Assembly (NCBI GenBank): GCA_030264375.1
Contig: JASCQW010000122.1
Span: forward strand, 40,696,702-40,760,701
Origin: Carcharhinus longimanus
Taxonomy: Eukaryota
DNA: 64,000 bases
Reading direction: 5' to 3'
In this document: positions 53,621 through 64,000 of the stretch, one piece after another
How the letters are laid out: each line of letters begins with the position of its first letter
Position numbering within the stretch: position 1 is the stretch's first letter
Notes under the pieces: model-generated
The model's input: the letters and a program-made list of their open reading frames with translations, nothing else
Databases searched by the model: none
Told to the model about the DNA's origin: nothing
Position numbers and translations under genes: made by a program

Positions 53621-53883
53621 AGCCAAGTCTGCTAAGAACTCAAGCTGTTTGTGTTGAGTTCAGACTGGGCCAGTTCAGCACTGAGTTCCATTGCACCATA
53701 GAACTGAAACTTCAAACCCAGTGGCATTACTGGAGTAATAAACATACTGGCAAAATATGAACATTATTGTTTTCTGGAGTATGGGAGGACTTTACTATTA
53801 GCAAGAAAAAGTGTCTATTATTAAATTAAAAACAACTATAGAAAGAGATTCAAAACAGTTTATTTCCAATGTTTTTGCTACAG

Positions 53884-53967
53884 GGTGATCGCGAAACCTT
53901 TGAAAACTATTACAGAAAACAACGAAGGAAACAAGCAGGATTGGTATTGCAACCACAGTCAAACATG
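53884..53967 (+). CDS. EXOC6: EXOC6 coding exon 9 (84 nt)
   Basis: ttgctacag|GDRETFENYYRKQRRKQAGLVLQPQSNM|gtattg. Confidence 0.96.
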
Positions 53968-54072
53968 GTATTGTTAACATGCAAGTCTTAACAATTATTA
54001 TTGTTATGTGTTTAATATTTTTGTGATCAGCTGTTTAAATCTCTTTTTTTTTCCTCCCCCTTTTTATACAAG

Positions 54073-54119
54073 CATGAAACTGTTGAAGGCTACAGAAAAT
54101 ATTTTAACCAGATTGTTGG
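54073..54119 (+). CDS. EXOC6: EXOC6 coding exon 10 (47 nt)
   Basis: Pyrimidine tract, tacaag|HETVEGYRKYFNQIV(G)|gtaagc. Confidence 0.95.
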
Positions 54120-54279
54120 GTAAGCCCTTGTGTTCTGATGTAGACGAGTGTATACTCCACTACACTCCTTGAAGTCAATAATTATCTCCTTTGTTTTGTT
54201 GACATTGAGGGAAAGATTATTGTCTTATTGTGTAGTATGGTTCTATGTTTTTTAATATTAAAATGTTTTTCAATTTTAG

Positions 54280-54400
54280 ATTTTTTGTGGTGGAAGATCA
54301 TATATTGCATGCAACACAAGGGTTGGTGACCAGAGCATTTACTGATGAGCTATGGAACATGGCACTTTCAAAAATTATTGCTGTCTTAAGAACCCATTCA
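54280..54400 (+). CDS. EXOC6: EXOC6 coding exon 11 (121 nt)
   Basis: caattttag|A-FFVVEDHILHATQGLVTRAFTDELWNMALSKIIAVLRTHS|gtaagt. Confidence 0.97.
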
Positions 54401-54791
54401 GTAAGTTGCCAGACTGCAATCTTTATAGACATTTATGAACATAATAAACATTTTGCATTACATCAGTTTGAAGGAGTGGCATTCAAGTTGAGATGTTGAC
54501 CATCTCACCAGTATAGTTTATGATGCTGCTCCAAATTCAGATCTGCTGAGTATTTTTCAACGTAGACTTGAACATGTCAGTGACTTTCATAGCTGCATAT
54601 GTACATGCAGAAAAACTGTTTTCTCTGAACATTTTAAAACAATATTAGTGTCTAAGATGAAAGTGCAAGAGTTCTATACATTGGTTTGATATAGCTGTAC
54701 CTGGAAATGATGTGTTCAGTGAGTTTGTGTGTCATTCACCTGCCATAATGCAAGTGAAAACATTTAAAGGACTTCGTGTGTAGTGAGCTGA

Positions 54792-54972
54792 TTGTAGAGA
54801 TGCTGGTGTTGGACTGGGGTAAACACAGTAAGAAGTCTCTCCACCAGGTTAAGAGTCCAACCAGAAGTACCTTCCACACACCTGACGAAGGAGTACCGTT
54901 TCCGAAAGCTTGACATTACTATCAAATAAACTGGTTGGACTCTAACCTGGTGTTGAGATTTCTTACTGTGTT
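54792..54972. mobile_element. Fold-back Penelope-derived mini-insertion with 11-bp TSD, enclosing a hammerhead core
   Basis: Inverted arms 54821-54864 and 54931-54973; TAGTGAGCTGA at 54781-54791 and 54973-54983. Confidence 0.88.
54879..54914 (+). ncRNA. Minimal type I hammerhead ribozyme motif
   Basis: CAC-CUGACGA-A-GGAG-UACCGU-UUCC-GAAA-GCU-U-GAC: core and stem II intact, stem I reduced to one pair. Confidence 0.7.
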
Positions 54973-56531
54973 TAGTGAGCTGAGCAGGAAGGATCTGACG
55001 TAACATCGAGGTCTATAAAAATCTAGATTTCTTTTGCCACTTTAAATCTGGAGCTTGTCTCTTTCATATTTGAGATTGCTGTCAACTTTGGGAGGGCTGT
55101 GTCTCTGCCATTGGTAGCATTCTATCAAGGGACAAGTGCCTTGTGTTCGTTGGCAGGTATGTGCCAAATTGATGAATGGTTACGCCTCCTATCTTTGACT
55201 TTTTTTGTAATTAAAAGTTACTTAAATTTGGGAGAGGGCCTGCCAAGCTTTTGTTTATCTCAGTAGAATTGGGCTTTGAGCCACAGCCATAGGCTATTTG
55301 CATAATCCTTAAGCGATTTACAACTGACTAGCCTTCCAAACATGCTTTTAGTCTTGGAGTTTAGAATATGTAGAGTTAATCTGCTGTTATTGTTGCAATC
55401 TGTCCTCATTAGTTTCAACTGACCTCTTCATTAGATCAGATTGAATAGTTCAGTATTGAAAGCACCACCAGGAAATAGTTCCTAATTATCATTTTAAATG
55501 CACTGTTTTCAAAATACAATCCACCACTAAAGCAGTGTTTTCCTCATGCACCAAGTTAAGATCTTCACTACAGTGGAAACATTATCTCATCCATAAACTG
55601 AATAACATGCTTAAACTTATGTAGAAGTTAATGTGAATTGTGTAGTGGCTGATCATTTTATTTTAGAATGCTTAAATTAACTGGATGTTTTTAACTGGCT
55701 GTATTGTACAAATTGCAATTAAAGATTGCATTGAATTTACAGCACAAAAAAAAGGCCATTTGGCCCAACTGGTTTACACTCCATTAGAGAACCTCCTCCT
55801 GCGTACTTAATCTAACTCTGTTTTGGTGACTACACATCTGACTAATAGTACTAAAATAAAGACTAGAGAAACATGCAATTTGGGTGCAAGTTTCTTTGGC
55901 TGACCATCCTGTTGTGCAGAGCATTGATTATCTGTTTTGGTCTTTGATGAAATACCCATGAAGAAAGCACTCAGCTGGAATCTTTTGATGCTGTCAAAAC
56001 TAGGACAGTATGAGAAGATGATGTAATTGCCCCAGTGTAGAGAAGTTAGTCACTTCATTGACCGATGTAGACAATGTAAATTTGAAAATCATCTGAACCT
56101 TGAAGTGAGGTTACAACCTTGGAATAACTACCATCCATTATTGTGCAACTTTCTTCTATCTATTTTATTTTCATAATGTATAGATTGCTGAGTTCGTGAC
56201 ACAATCCTTTTTTAACTTTCTCGCCAGTGTCGAGTGACATGGTTGTTGTTGACTAATGTGTTGCTGCTCTTGCATGTCATCCATTTTTGGGAATGATTAG
56301 TCATTGTGGTATGAACGTTGCAAAATTTATCTTAGAATCTATGGTTGCTAAATAAAGTAACTAATGATATAGTATAGAAATGTAATATTCTGTTAAGTAA
56401 GTTGCACGTGCTAATTGAAAATAACAGCCACTAGATAGTAAAATGAATATTGTCTTCCAGACCCATGTGGGAGAGCACAGTTGTGTTTTCTGTCAAAGAT
56501 ATTAACTTGCCTTTTAATCTTGTACTTCTAG

Positions 56532-56603
56532 TCCTATTGCTCTGATCCTGACCTTGTTTTAGAGTTGAAGAATCTAATCGTGGTTTATGCTGACACTTTG
56601 CAA
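56532..56603 (+). CDS. EXOC6: EXOC6 coding exon 12 (72 nt)
   Basis: gtacttctag|SYCSDPDLVLELKNLIVVYADTLQ|gtaggt; not visible in the ORF track. Confidence 0.95.
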
Positions 56604-57099
56604 GTAGGTGTTGCTTCATTTAGTGGTTGTCTACATCTACCTTGTTAAATCGTATTGTAATCAAAATCTTAAAGATTAAGAAAGACGGTAAATAATTCAA
56701 GAAGTATTGAATGAGGGCAAGCGTCTCACGCCTGTAGATTTAAGAGGGTGTGAACACAAAACAAGTGAGGTGTTTCCCAGTTTGAATAAAGAATGTTAGA
56801 TGGCATTCCACTAAGTCTTGTTTTCAATTCCATGACAGTGAAGGAAATGCCTACAGGCTCTACTGTTTGAAGCTTAGTAGGAATGAAAGTAATGATCAGC
56901 AATAAACATCATACTATTGATCAAATAGAGATAAGAAAGAATGCAATGAAGAGTGACATACTGAACAAAAGGGAAAAGAGGTTAGGGGCTAGAGGTGAAA
57001 ATAAAAGCAGAAAGGAGCAGGAAGTTGGGAGTTTATTAAAAAACTCATTTATCTTTTCTCCCCTTGTCCAATCTTTTCCCACTGGTGAAATTCTTCTGA

Positions 57100-58210
57100 T
57101 GCCCTACATCTTATCAATTTCAGTTCCCTGGCTCTCAACGCTGCCTCTTTACAATGGATGTCCAATCTCTCTACCTCTCCATCCTTCACCAGGAGCAAAT
57201 TCAGAAGCCTGAACAATCCCCGTCCTCCACTGCTCAGCCTGGTAGAACAAGTTGAAGAGTTGAATTTCTCCTTTAACTTATCCTATTTGCTGCAAATAAA
57301 TGGTTGTGGTCATAGGCCCCAGTTATGCCTGTCTTTTGGTGGATTAGGTGAAACACTCCTTGTTCCACTCCTACTCATTCCCGCTCCCACTACTCTTTCC
57401 GTTACAGTGATGACTGTACTGGTGCCACTTTAAACTCTCGTCTGGACCTGGAAAAATTTATCAAATTTTGCTACCAATTTCTATCCCTTTCTTTCATCAC
57501 ATGGTCCATCTATGACACTTCCCTTCCTGATCTTTTGACCCTGTCTGCATTCGTTGATGTATTGACCACCAATATTCATTTCAAGCCCATAACTCCCACA
57601 GCTGCCTTGACTGTAGCTCCTCTTATCCTGCTTCCTGTATGAACTTTATCCCATTCTCCCAGTTTCTTCACCTCTCTCACATTTTCTGATGTGAAAATGG
57701 GTCTTCTGACATGTCTGCCTTTTTCCTTAAGAGGTTCTCCCCCACCCTATCACCATTATGGTTGATGGGCACTCAACAGGTTTGAACATTCCCTGCACCA
57801 CCTTCCTCACTTTCCATCCCACCAGTCTCTGCATTCAAATGATCATCCTCCATTGTTTCTGCCCACTCAGCATGATGCTATGATGAAACATTCCCCCCCG
57901 CCCCCCCAACTCCCTCTGTGACACCCTTGTCCACTCCAGCACGACCAACTCCCCTTCCCATGGCACCTACCCTTACAATTACAGAAGGTGCAAGACTTGC
58001 CCCTTTTCACCTCTTCCCTCCTCGCTGTTCAAAGTCCCAAGCACTCCTTTTAGGTGCATTTCATGTGCACCTCCTTCAATTTTATCTACTGAATTCACTG
58101 CTCCCAGTGTGTCTCCTTGACAGTGGTAAGACTAAACATGCTTTGTGGAACACCTTCGCTCAGTCTGCGAGCGTGACCCCAACCTTTCTGTTGTTACCAC
58201 TTCCATTCAG
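57100..58210 (+). mobile_element. Old Penelope-like retroelement (different family), RT and GIY-YIG remnants
   Basis: LFTMDVQSLYLSILHQ, GPSYACL, RYSDDCTG (YxDD), HSCLDCSSSYPASCMNFIPFSQFL. Confidence 0.8.
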
Positions 58211-58917
58211 CATCTTGCTCTCCTTCAATCTGCCATACATTGACTGGCCCCTAACTTTTCAATAGTCACAACTGGGCCAAAGCTTGAAATAAAATGTATT
58301 CTAAACAATATGGCTGGTTTAATTTATTTGGATTGGTATTAAAGGTTGCTAGTTTTGGCATTATTCGATGGACTTGCAACCAATTTAGCTGGAATCTTCC
58401 TTAAGATCTGCTCTCAAATCCTCAGACGTTTCCAGGATTTTAAGTTTCTAGAACGCAATTAGAAGATTTAAACTCTTGAGAACTGAATGACTGAACCAGC
58501 CATTAGTTGCTTTATCAGAGAAGCTGTACTTTAGAGCATATTGCAAGACATTTAAATTCAGATGGATGGTCATTGAAAATTGTATTAATTGTACTCTTTT
58601 CTCTCCCACCCCCACTAACACTGATTTAAAAGAATTGTGAAAAGCTAAGAAACTGGCTTGAGCTTGGGTTTATGCAGCTATAACTATAACCCAATCAAAG
58701 TTTTAAATGTCCAATTGAAAATTCCACTATTCTGCAAATTCCAGCCATCACTAATCCTGCACAATGTCACTCTTCAAATGTTGACTTTTTACATTATAAC
58801 GTCAATTCCCAAAAGTTGATTAGAATTGAACATGCTGTTCTGCATTTCAAACTGAATTGATTATTTTTGTTTTGTCTCCTGATATTCAATGTGTTTTTGA
58901 TATTAATATTTTTCTAG

Positions 58918-59015
58918 GGTTATGGATTTCCTGTGAATAGACTCTTCGACCTACTACTTGAAATCAGGGATCAGTACAATGAAACCTTATTAAAGAAATG
59001 GGCAATAGTGTTTAG
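58918..59015 (+). CDS. EXOC6: EXOC6 coding exon 13 (98 nt)
   Basis: tttttctag|GYGFPVNRLFDLLLEIRDQYNETLLKKWAIVF(R)|gttagt. Confidence 0.97.
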
Positions 59016-59744
59016 GTTAGTAATCTTTATGAAACAACTATATTCTGATCATTTTGACATCAAAACATTGCCATTTGTCATTATCTTCACTATCCAATTT
59101 CAATGTCGAAAGTGTTTTCTATTTAATAAGTGTCTGTAGTCATCTAGATAGAGTTGCTACCTTTAACTTTACAAACTTGCTTAAAGCTAGACTTAGCATC
59201 AGCCTAAAGTGCAAATTGAAATATTGTACACAGCTCAAATCTACAGCATTCTGATCCAGGGATATGAATGTTAACGCAACCAGGTGGACATTGCTTGGCT
59301 TTGATAATAAAATTAATTTTAGCAATATATAAAATCAGCTCATAGGCAAAAATCTATGGTACAAAAACACTTCTAAAATTAGCAATATGGTGCAGTGAGT
59401 GCATAAGAATGGCCGTGTGGTAGATGAAATAGCGGAGGCTGGTATTGGGTGGGGTGTGGGGGGGCGGGGGGGCAGGTTTGATCCATTGGAGGGTAAAGTA
59501 CAAGTGGAGTAGAGTACTCTTCATGTGCTTCATGTTGTACCTGAACTTATTGGATGCTGACACTGGATGCAAAAGATAGTAAGACTGCTTTTCAGCACTA
59601 ACATCCATCACTTAAAATCCTCCACTTTCTGAAATAAAACCTTAAAAACACACACATTTGTGCAATGCTAGATACTCGTGTAATTATTAGTGCAGGATCA
59701 GAATAATGAGTATGCTCTGTCTAGAGTTTGCCTAGGTTGAATAT

Positions 59745-59988
59745 GGTGCTATTTCACAGGGTCATTTAATTTTGCAGTAAGATGGTGAATTTTTGGGACC
59801 CTCTGCCTGGAAGGCTGTGGAGGCTTAGTAGTTGTTTTTTCAAGACAGTTTGATAGATTTCTACACATTAAAAACATCAAGTGGTAGTGAGGGATAGTGT
59901 AGGAAAGTAATGTTGAAGCAGATGATCAGCCATGATCTCATTGAATGATGGAACAAGCTCAAAGGGCTGAATGGTCTACTCTTATGTT
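59745..59988 (+). mobile_element. CR1 LINE 3' end abutting the exon 14 acceptor
   Basis: TCTGCCTGGAAGGCTGTGGAGGCT...TGATAGATTT...GATCAGCCATGATCTCATTGAATGATGGAACAAGCTCAAAGGGCTGAATGGTCTACTCTTATGTT. Confidence 0.85.
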
Positions 59989-59993
59989 GACAG

Positions 59994-60099
59994 GGAAATT
60001 TTTGAATCTGACAATTGCAGTCCCATTCCTGTAGCAAATGAAGAGGAGTACAGAATGATAATTAGTCGATTCCCATTTCACGATTTGGAGCTTGAAAAG
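59994..60099 (+). CDS. EXOC6: EXOC6 coding exon 14 (106 nt)
   Basis: gttgacag|G-EIFESDNCSPIPVANEEEYRMIISRFPFHDLELEK|gtcagt. Confidence 0.95.
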
Positions 60100-61018
60100 G
60101 TCAGTGACATTGCTATAATGTCTAGCTTTATCTTATCGATCACCCAAATTTGATTCTGGTTTGTTTGTACTTCGGCGCTAGAGAAACTGAGAAGCAGTTT
60201 CTGCTTCACTGCAATGTTTAATTTGCAATAAAGCTCTGGGTGAGGACTCACTCTGATTCCAGAGTGGAATGCTGTGAAACTTCCTGGGGACAGTATCATA
60301 CTTGTTTGGTTTAACACCACATGCAGCATAACCTCCTGATAATTAAGTTTTTTGTACTTAATCATTGTACATAACAACAGGATGGGAATATAGTGCTAAA
60401 TAAACTGAATTATCTAAGTTAATCAATTCAAAAAATAGACTGAAACTATTTAGCCAAGTCTGCAAGAGTTTGGTTGAACCTTGTGGAGCTGATGATCCAA
60501 ATGTTGTTAGGCAATTTATAAACAATATTCTGTCAGTTGTGATGACTAATCGAAGATTGCTAACTGCACCTCAGATATCCAATAATGCATAAGATTGCGC
60601 CTTCAAATTTGGGGAAAAAATAAGATTGTGTAGCTATGGCATCAAATTCCAAATCTGAATTACACTTTAAAGTTTTTCTCTGGCTTAGTGTTCCACTTTA
60701 ACAGAATGGTTTGATTGTGGGTTTTTAAATTCACTTACTACTTGTAATTTTCAAGATCTGTAACTGATGTCATGTACTATTTTCCTGTGCATAAAACTAA
60801 TAAAATCTGATTTTCATTTATAATACAACTGTTAGAAGTATTTAGATAAGTTTTGATTACTGACATGAATTTCAGACCTGCTATTTGGCCATTAGTGCTG
60901 TAACACTAGTCCAAAAAGACCATGAGAATACATACATGCAAGACATAATACTCTATGGTCCTTAAAAAAAAACAAATGTAATATCTTTTTAAATTCTAAA
61001 ATTTTATATTTTGCATAG

Positions 61019-61128
61019 CAACCTTTTCCAAAGAGGTTCCCAGTGTCTCAATCAGTACCGGAGATCTACAAGGAGTTCAAGGAATTCATTTATGCAAGCC
61101 TTAAATTTTCAGAGTCCCTTCATCGAAG
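61019..61128 (+). CDS. EXOC6: EXOC6 coding exon 15 (110 nt)
   Basis: ttttgcatag|QPFPKRFPVSQSVPEIYKEFKEFIYASLKFSESLHR(S)|gtgagc. Confidence 0.96.
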
Positions 61129-61639
61129 GTGAGCATAAGATAACTCAAGTGGAAATGTCACCTTTACGTAGCTGGAAAGTAAACCTAGAAATAGTTCAGA
61201 TTTGTTGGAACAGTTATTTTCTTGGAGATTTAGTAAAACTAAAAATAGGTGATAATTGTCAAAGTTATCAAATACATAATTCTACACCTTGTGTTTGACT
61301 ATGGTGTTATTGATATGTTTCATAATTGTAGAAACTGATTACCTTCAATATTTTTTTCAAGTTCAAACTCTCATACGAACTAATTATACTGGTCAAAAAT
61401 ATACAGTTAATACAAGATTTTCATTTAAAATATTTCTCATGTCCCATATAAGATGAAATCAACAGTCTTCTATTTGTTGGCTACTATTGTTTAACTTTAA
61501 TAAATACCCTATTTCTTGTTTGCTTTCTGTTCCCTTTTGCTTCCATGTCCTCTTGATGTTACCTAGCATTTGCTGACCTGAATGGGTAGCAATTAATAAT
61601 TCTGGAGAGTCGTATTCAATTCAGATCCAGGAAAATCGG

Positions 61640-62632
61640 GGGGCACAGATGAGTGTAGTGGCCATCACAAAGGAGAAGGTTCTGAGGAAACTGAAAGGTC
61701 TGAAGATGGATAAATCACCTGGACTGGATGGACTACACCCCAGGGCTCTAAAAGAGATAGCTGAGGAAGTTGTGGAGGCATTGGTGGTCTTTCAGGAATC
61801 ACTGAAGGCAGGGAGGGTTCCAGAGGACTAGAAAGTAGCTAATTATCACTGCTGTTTAAGAAAGGAGGGAGGGAGGCAGCAGACGGGAAATTATAAGCCA
61901 GTTAGCCTGTCTTTGGTCATTGGCAAGATTTTAGAGTCCACTATTAAAGATGAGTTTGCTGAGTAATTGGAAGAGCGTGATTAGAAAGGACTGAGTCAGC
62001 ACAACTTCGTCAAGGGGAAGTCATGTCTGACAAATGTGCTAGAGTTTTTTGAGGAGGTAACAAGGAAGTCAGATGAAGGAGAGTTAGTGGATATGATTTA
62101 AGATTTCCACAAGGCATTTGACAAGGTGCCACATAGGAGACTGTTAACTAAGTTAAGAGTCCATGATGTTAAGAGTGAGATCCTGGCATGGATAGACAAT
62201 CGGCTGACTGGCAGAAGGCAGAGAGTGGGGATATAGGGGGTCTTTCCCAGAATGGCAGCCGGTGACTAGTGGTGTGCCTCGGGTCAGTGCTGGGACCACA
62301 ACCTTTCACAATATATATTAATGATTTGGAAGAAGGAACTGAAGACGCTGTTGCTAAGGTATGTAGAGGGCCAAGTATTGAGGAAGCCGATGGTGCAGAA
62401 GGACATGACAGATTAGGAGAGCAAGCAAAGAAGTGGCAGATGGAATACAGTGTGGAAAAGCGTGTCGTTATGCACTTTGGAAGGAGGAATGGAGGCATTG
62501 ACTATTTTCTAAATAGGGAAAGATCAGGGGTTATGGAGATAAGAACATCAGCCATGAGTGAATGGTGGAGCAGACTCAATGGGCTGAGTGGCCTAATTCT
62601 GCTCCTATGTCTTGTGTTCTCATGGTCTTATT
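61640..62632 (+). mobile_element. CR1 LINE RT region with an internal deletion, joined to its 3' tail
   Basis: KLKGLKMDKSPGLDGLHPRALKEIAEE, DFHKAFDKVPH, GSVLGPQPFTIYINDL, KWQMEYSVEK; jumps to the 3' UTR near 62520. Confidence 0.92.
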
Positions 62633-63048
62633 TAAGTTTCCCATGCAATCATATTGGAAGGAACAATGGCAAATATGCTAAATGCAAACAGATAAAACAG
62701 ATGTCTCTCATAAGTTTTGTCCATTACAGTTAAGACATCATGCCTGGGTATATACACATTTCTGTCACACTAGAACCCGAGTGACTCAAATACATAAAAG
62801 AGCAACAGATTGCAAGTCAAGAGGTAGAAAACGCAAAACTCAAAGTTAGGAACACAACTCAAAGCTATCAATAAGTAATTACTGACTATGTGAAGACAAC
62901 AAACGCATAATCAAAAAAATGAGAGGAGGAGCTGAACAAACCTATTCAGCTGTCAATTAGTTCTTTCACAAAATTGAATATTGTGACAGAAAATAAGTAT
63001 AACAGGCATTAAATTCTAAATTGAAATTGATTGGATTCTCCATGTAAA

Positions 63049-63206
63049 AGTCCAAAGATGTGTGGGTTAGGTGGATTTGCCATGCTAAATTGCTTACTGT
63101 CAGGGAGATTAACAGGGTGAATGTGTGGGGTTATGGATGGGACTGTTGTCAATGCAGACTCAATGAGCAGAATGGCCTCCGTCTGCACTGTAGGGATTCT
63201 GTGATT
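63049..63206 (+). mobile_element. 5'-truncated V-SINE/HE1-like SINE
   Basis: AGTCCAAAGATGTGTGGGTTAGGTGGATTTGCCATGCTAAATTG...GAATGGCCTCCGTCTGCACTGTAGGGATTCT. Confidence 0.85.
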
Positions 63207-63301
63207 GTATTTATGTATTTGAAATCTCTCTCGTAATTTTGAAAACTTTTTTGAGAAGGCTGAGCTATTGAGTTCAGACATACTGTATTCAAAGATCCAC
63301 A

Positions 63302-64000
63302 AATTTGATTTATTATTGTCACGTATTAGTGTACAGTGAAAAGTATTGTTTTTTGTGCACTATATAGACAAAGCATACTGTGCATAGCGAAAAAAGGGAG
63401 CGTGCAGAATGTGGCGTTACAGTCATTAGCTAAGGTGTAGAGATAGATCAACTTAATGCAAAGTAGGTCCATTCAAAAGTCTGATGGCTGCAGGGAAGAA
63501 GCTGCTCTTGAGTCAGTTGGTACATGACCTCAGACTTTTGTATCTTTTTCCCAACAGAAGAAGGTGGAAGAGAGAATGCCTGGGTTGCATAATTATGCTG
63601 GCTGCTTTGCCAAGGCAGCGGGAAGTGTAGACAGTCAATGGATGGGAAGCTGGTTTGCATGATAGATTGCGCTACCTTCATGACCTTTTGTAGTTTCTTG
63701 CAGTCTTGAGCAGAGCAGGAGCCATACCAAGCTGTGATACAACCAGAAAGATTGCTTTCTATGGTCCACCTGTAAAAGTCTTCTGAGAAAGTAGATGCGT
63801 TGATGGGTTTTCTTAACTGTAGTATCGGCATCGGGGGACGAGGACAAGTTATTGGTGGTCTGGACACCTAAGAACTTAAAGCTCTCAACCCTTTCTACTT
63901 CATCCCTGTTGATGTAAAGGGGCATGTTCTCCTTTATGCTTCCTGAAATCAATGACAATCTCTTTAATTTTGTTGACATTGAGGGAGAGATTATTGTTGC
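63302..64000 (-). mobile_element. Rex1/Babar-type LINE 3' part (continues beyond the window)
   Basis: VERVESFKFLGV, KKTHQRIYFLRR, FYRWTIESNLSGCITAWYGSCSAQDCKKLQKV; same family as 48170-49345. Confidence 0.88.

Larger units (their letters stand above)
23863..61128 (+). other. EXOC6: EXOC6 (exocyst complex component 6 / Sec15A) gene, partial: span of 14 coding exons; exon 1 upstream and remaining exons downstream of the window
   Basis: Spliced translation SVYDDQPNAHKRFMEKLEARIRNHDREIEKMCNFHHQGFVDAITELLKV...KEFIYASLKFSESLHR follows vertebrate EXOC6 colinearly. DDQPNAH, FHHQGFVDAI and YYSALKTME favour EXOC6 over EXOC6B. All introns are GT-AG and phases are consistent (1425 nt, no stop). Confidence 0.96.

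Noticed and set aside
3372-54972. Recurrent AATAAACCTGTTGGACTTTAACCTGGTGTTG motif as CRISPR-like or regulatory repeats
   Set aside because: Copies are dispersed, in both orientations, have no regular spacers and are attached to Penelope GIY-YIG sequence.
56010-56100. Possible C/D-box snoRNA (ATGATG...CTGA)
   Set aside because: The C box is imperfect and there is no convincing terminal stem or recognisable guide.

Overview
Eukaryotic, AT-rich and CpG-poor vertebrate genomic DNA with several assembly gaps. The repeat content (CR1 and L2 LINEs, V-SINE/HE1-like and DeuSINE-like SINEs, Penelope, Rex-Babar) points to a cartilaginous fish, probably a shark; this is inference. The window lies inside one + strand gene, EXOC6 (Sec15A, exocyst component 6). 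Fourteen consecutive coding exons (2-15 if one coding exon lies upstream; 23863-61128) have GT-AG boundaries and join into one uninterrupted 1425-nt frame. Exon 1 and the 3' exons are not in the window. The other listed ORFs are chance frames or decayed retroelement pieces. The most interesting signals are: (i) minimal hammerhead-ribozyme motifs in Penelope termini, and three short fold-back Penelope-derived insertions flanked by 10-11 bp target-site duplications (TSDs); (ii) a CR1 LINE 3' tail running up to the acceptor of exon 14, which appears to supply its branch point and pyrimidine tract; (iii) a LINE that seems to carry a tRNA-derived head shared with a SINE that also shares its tail. 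Repeat family names come from motif recognition, not database searches, and repeat boundaries are approximate.
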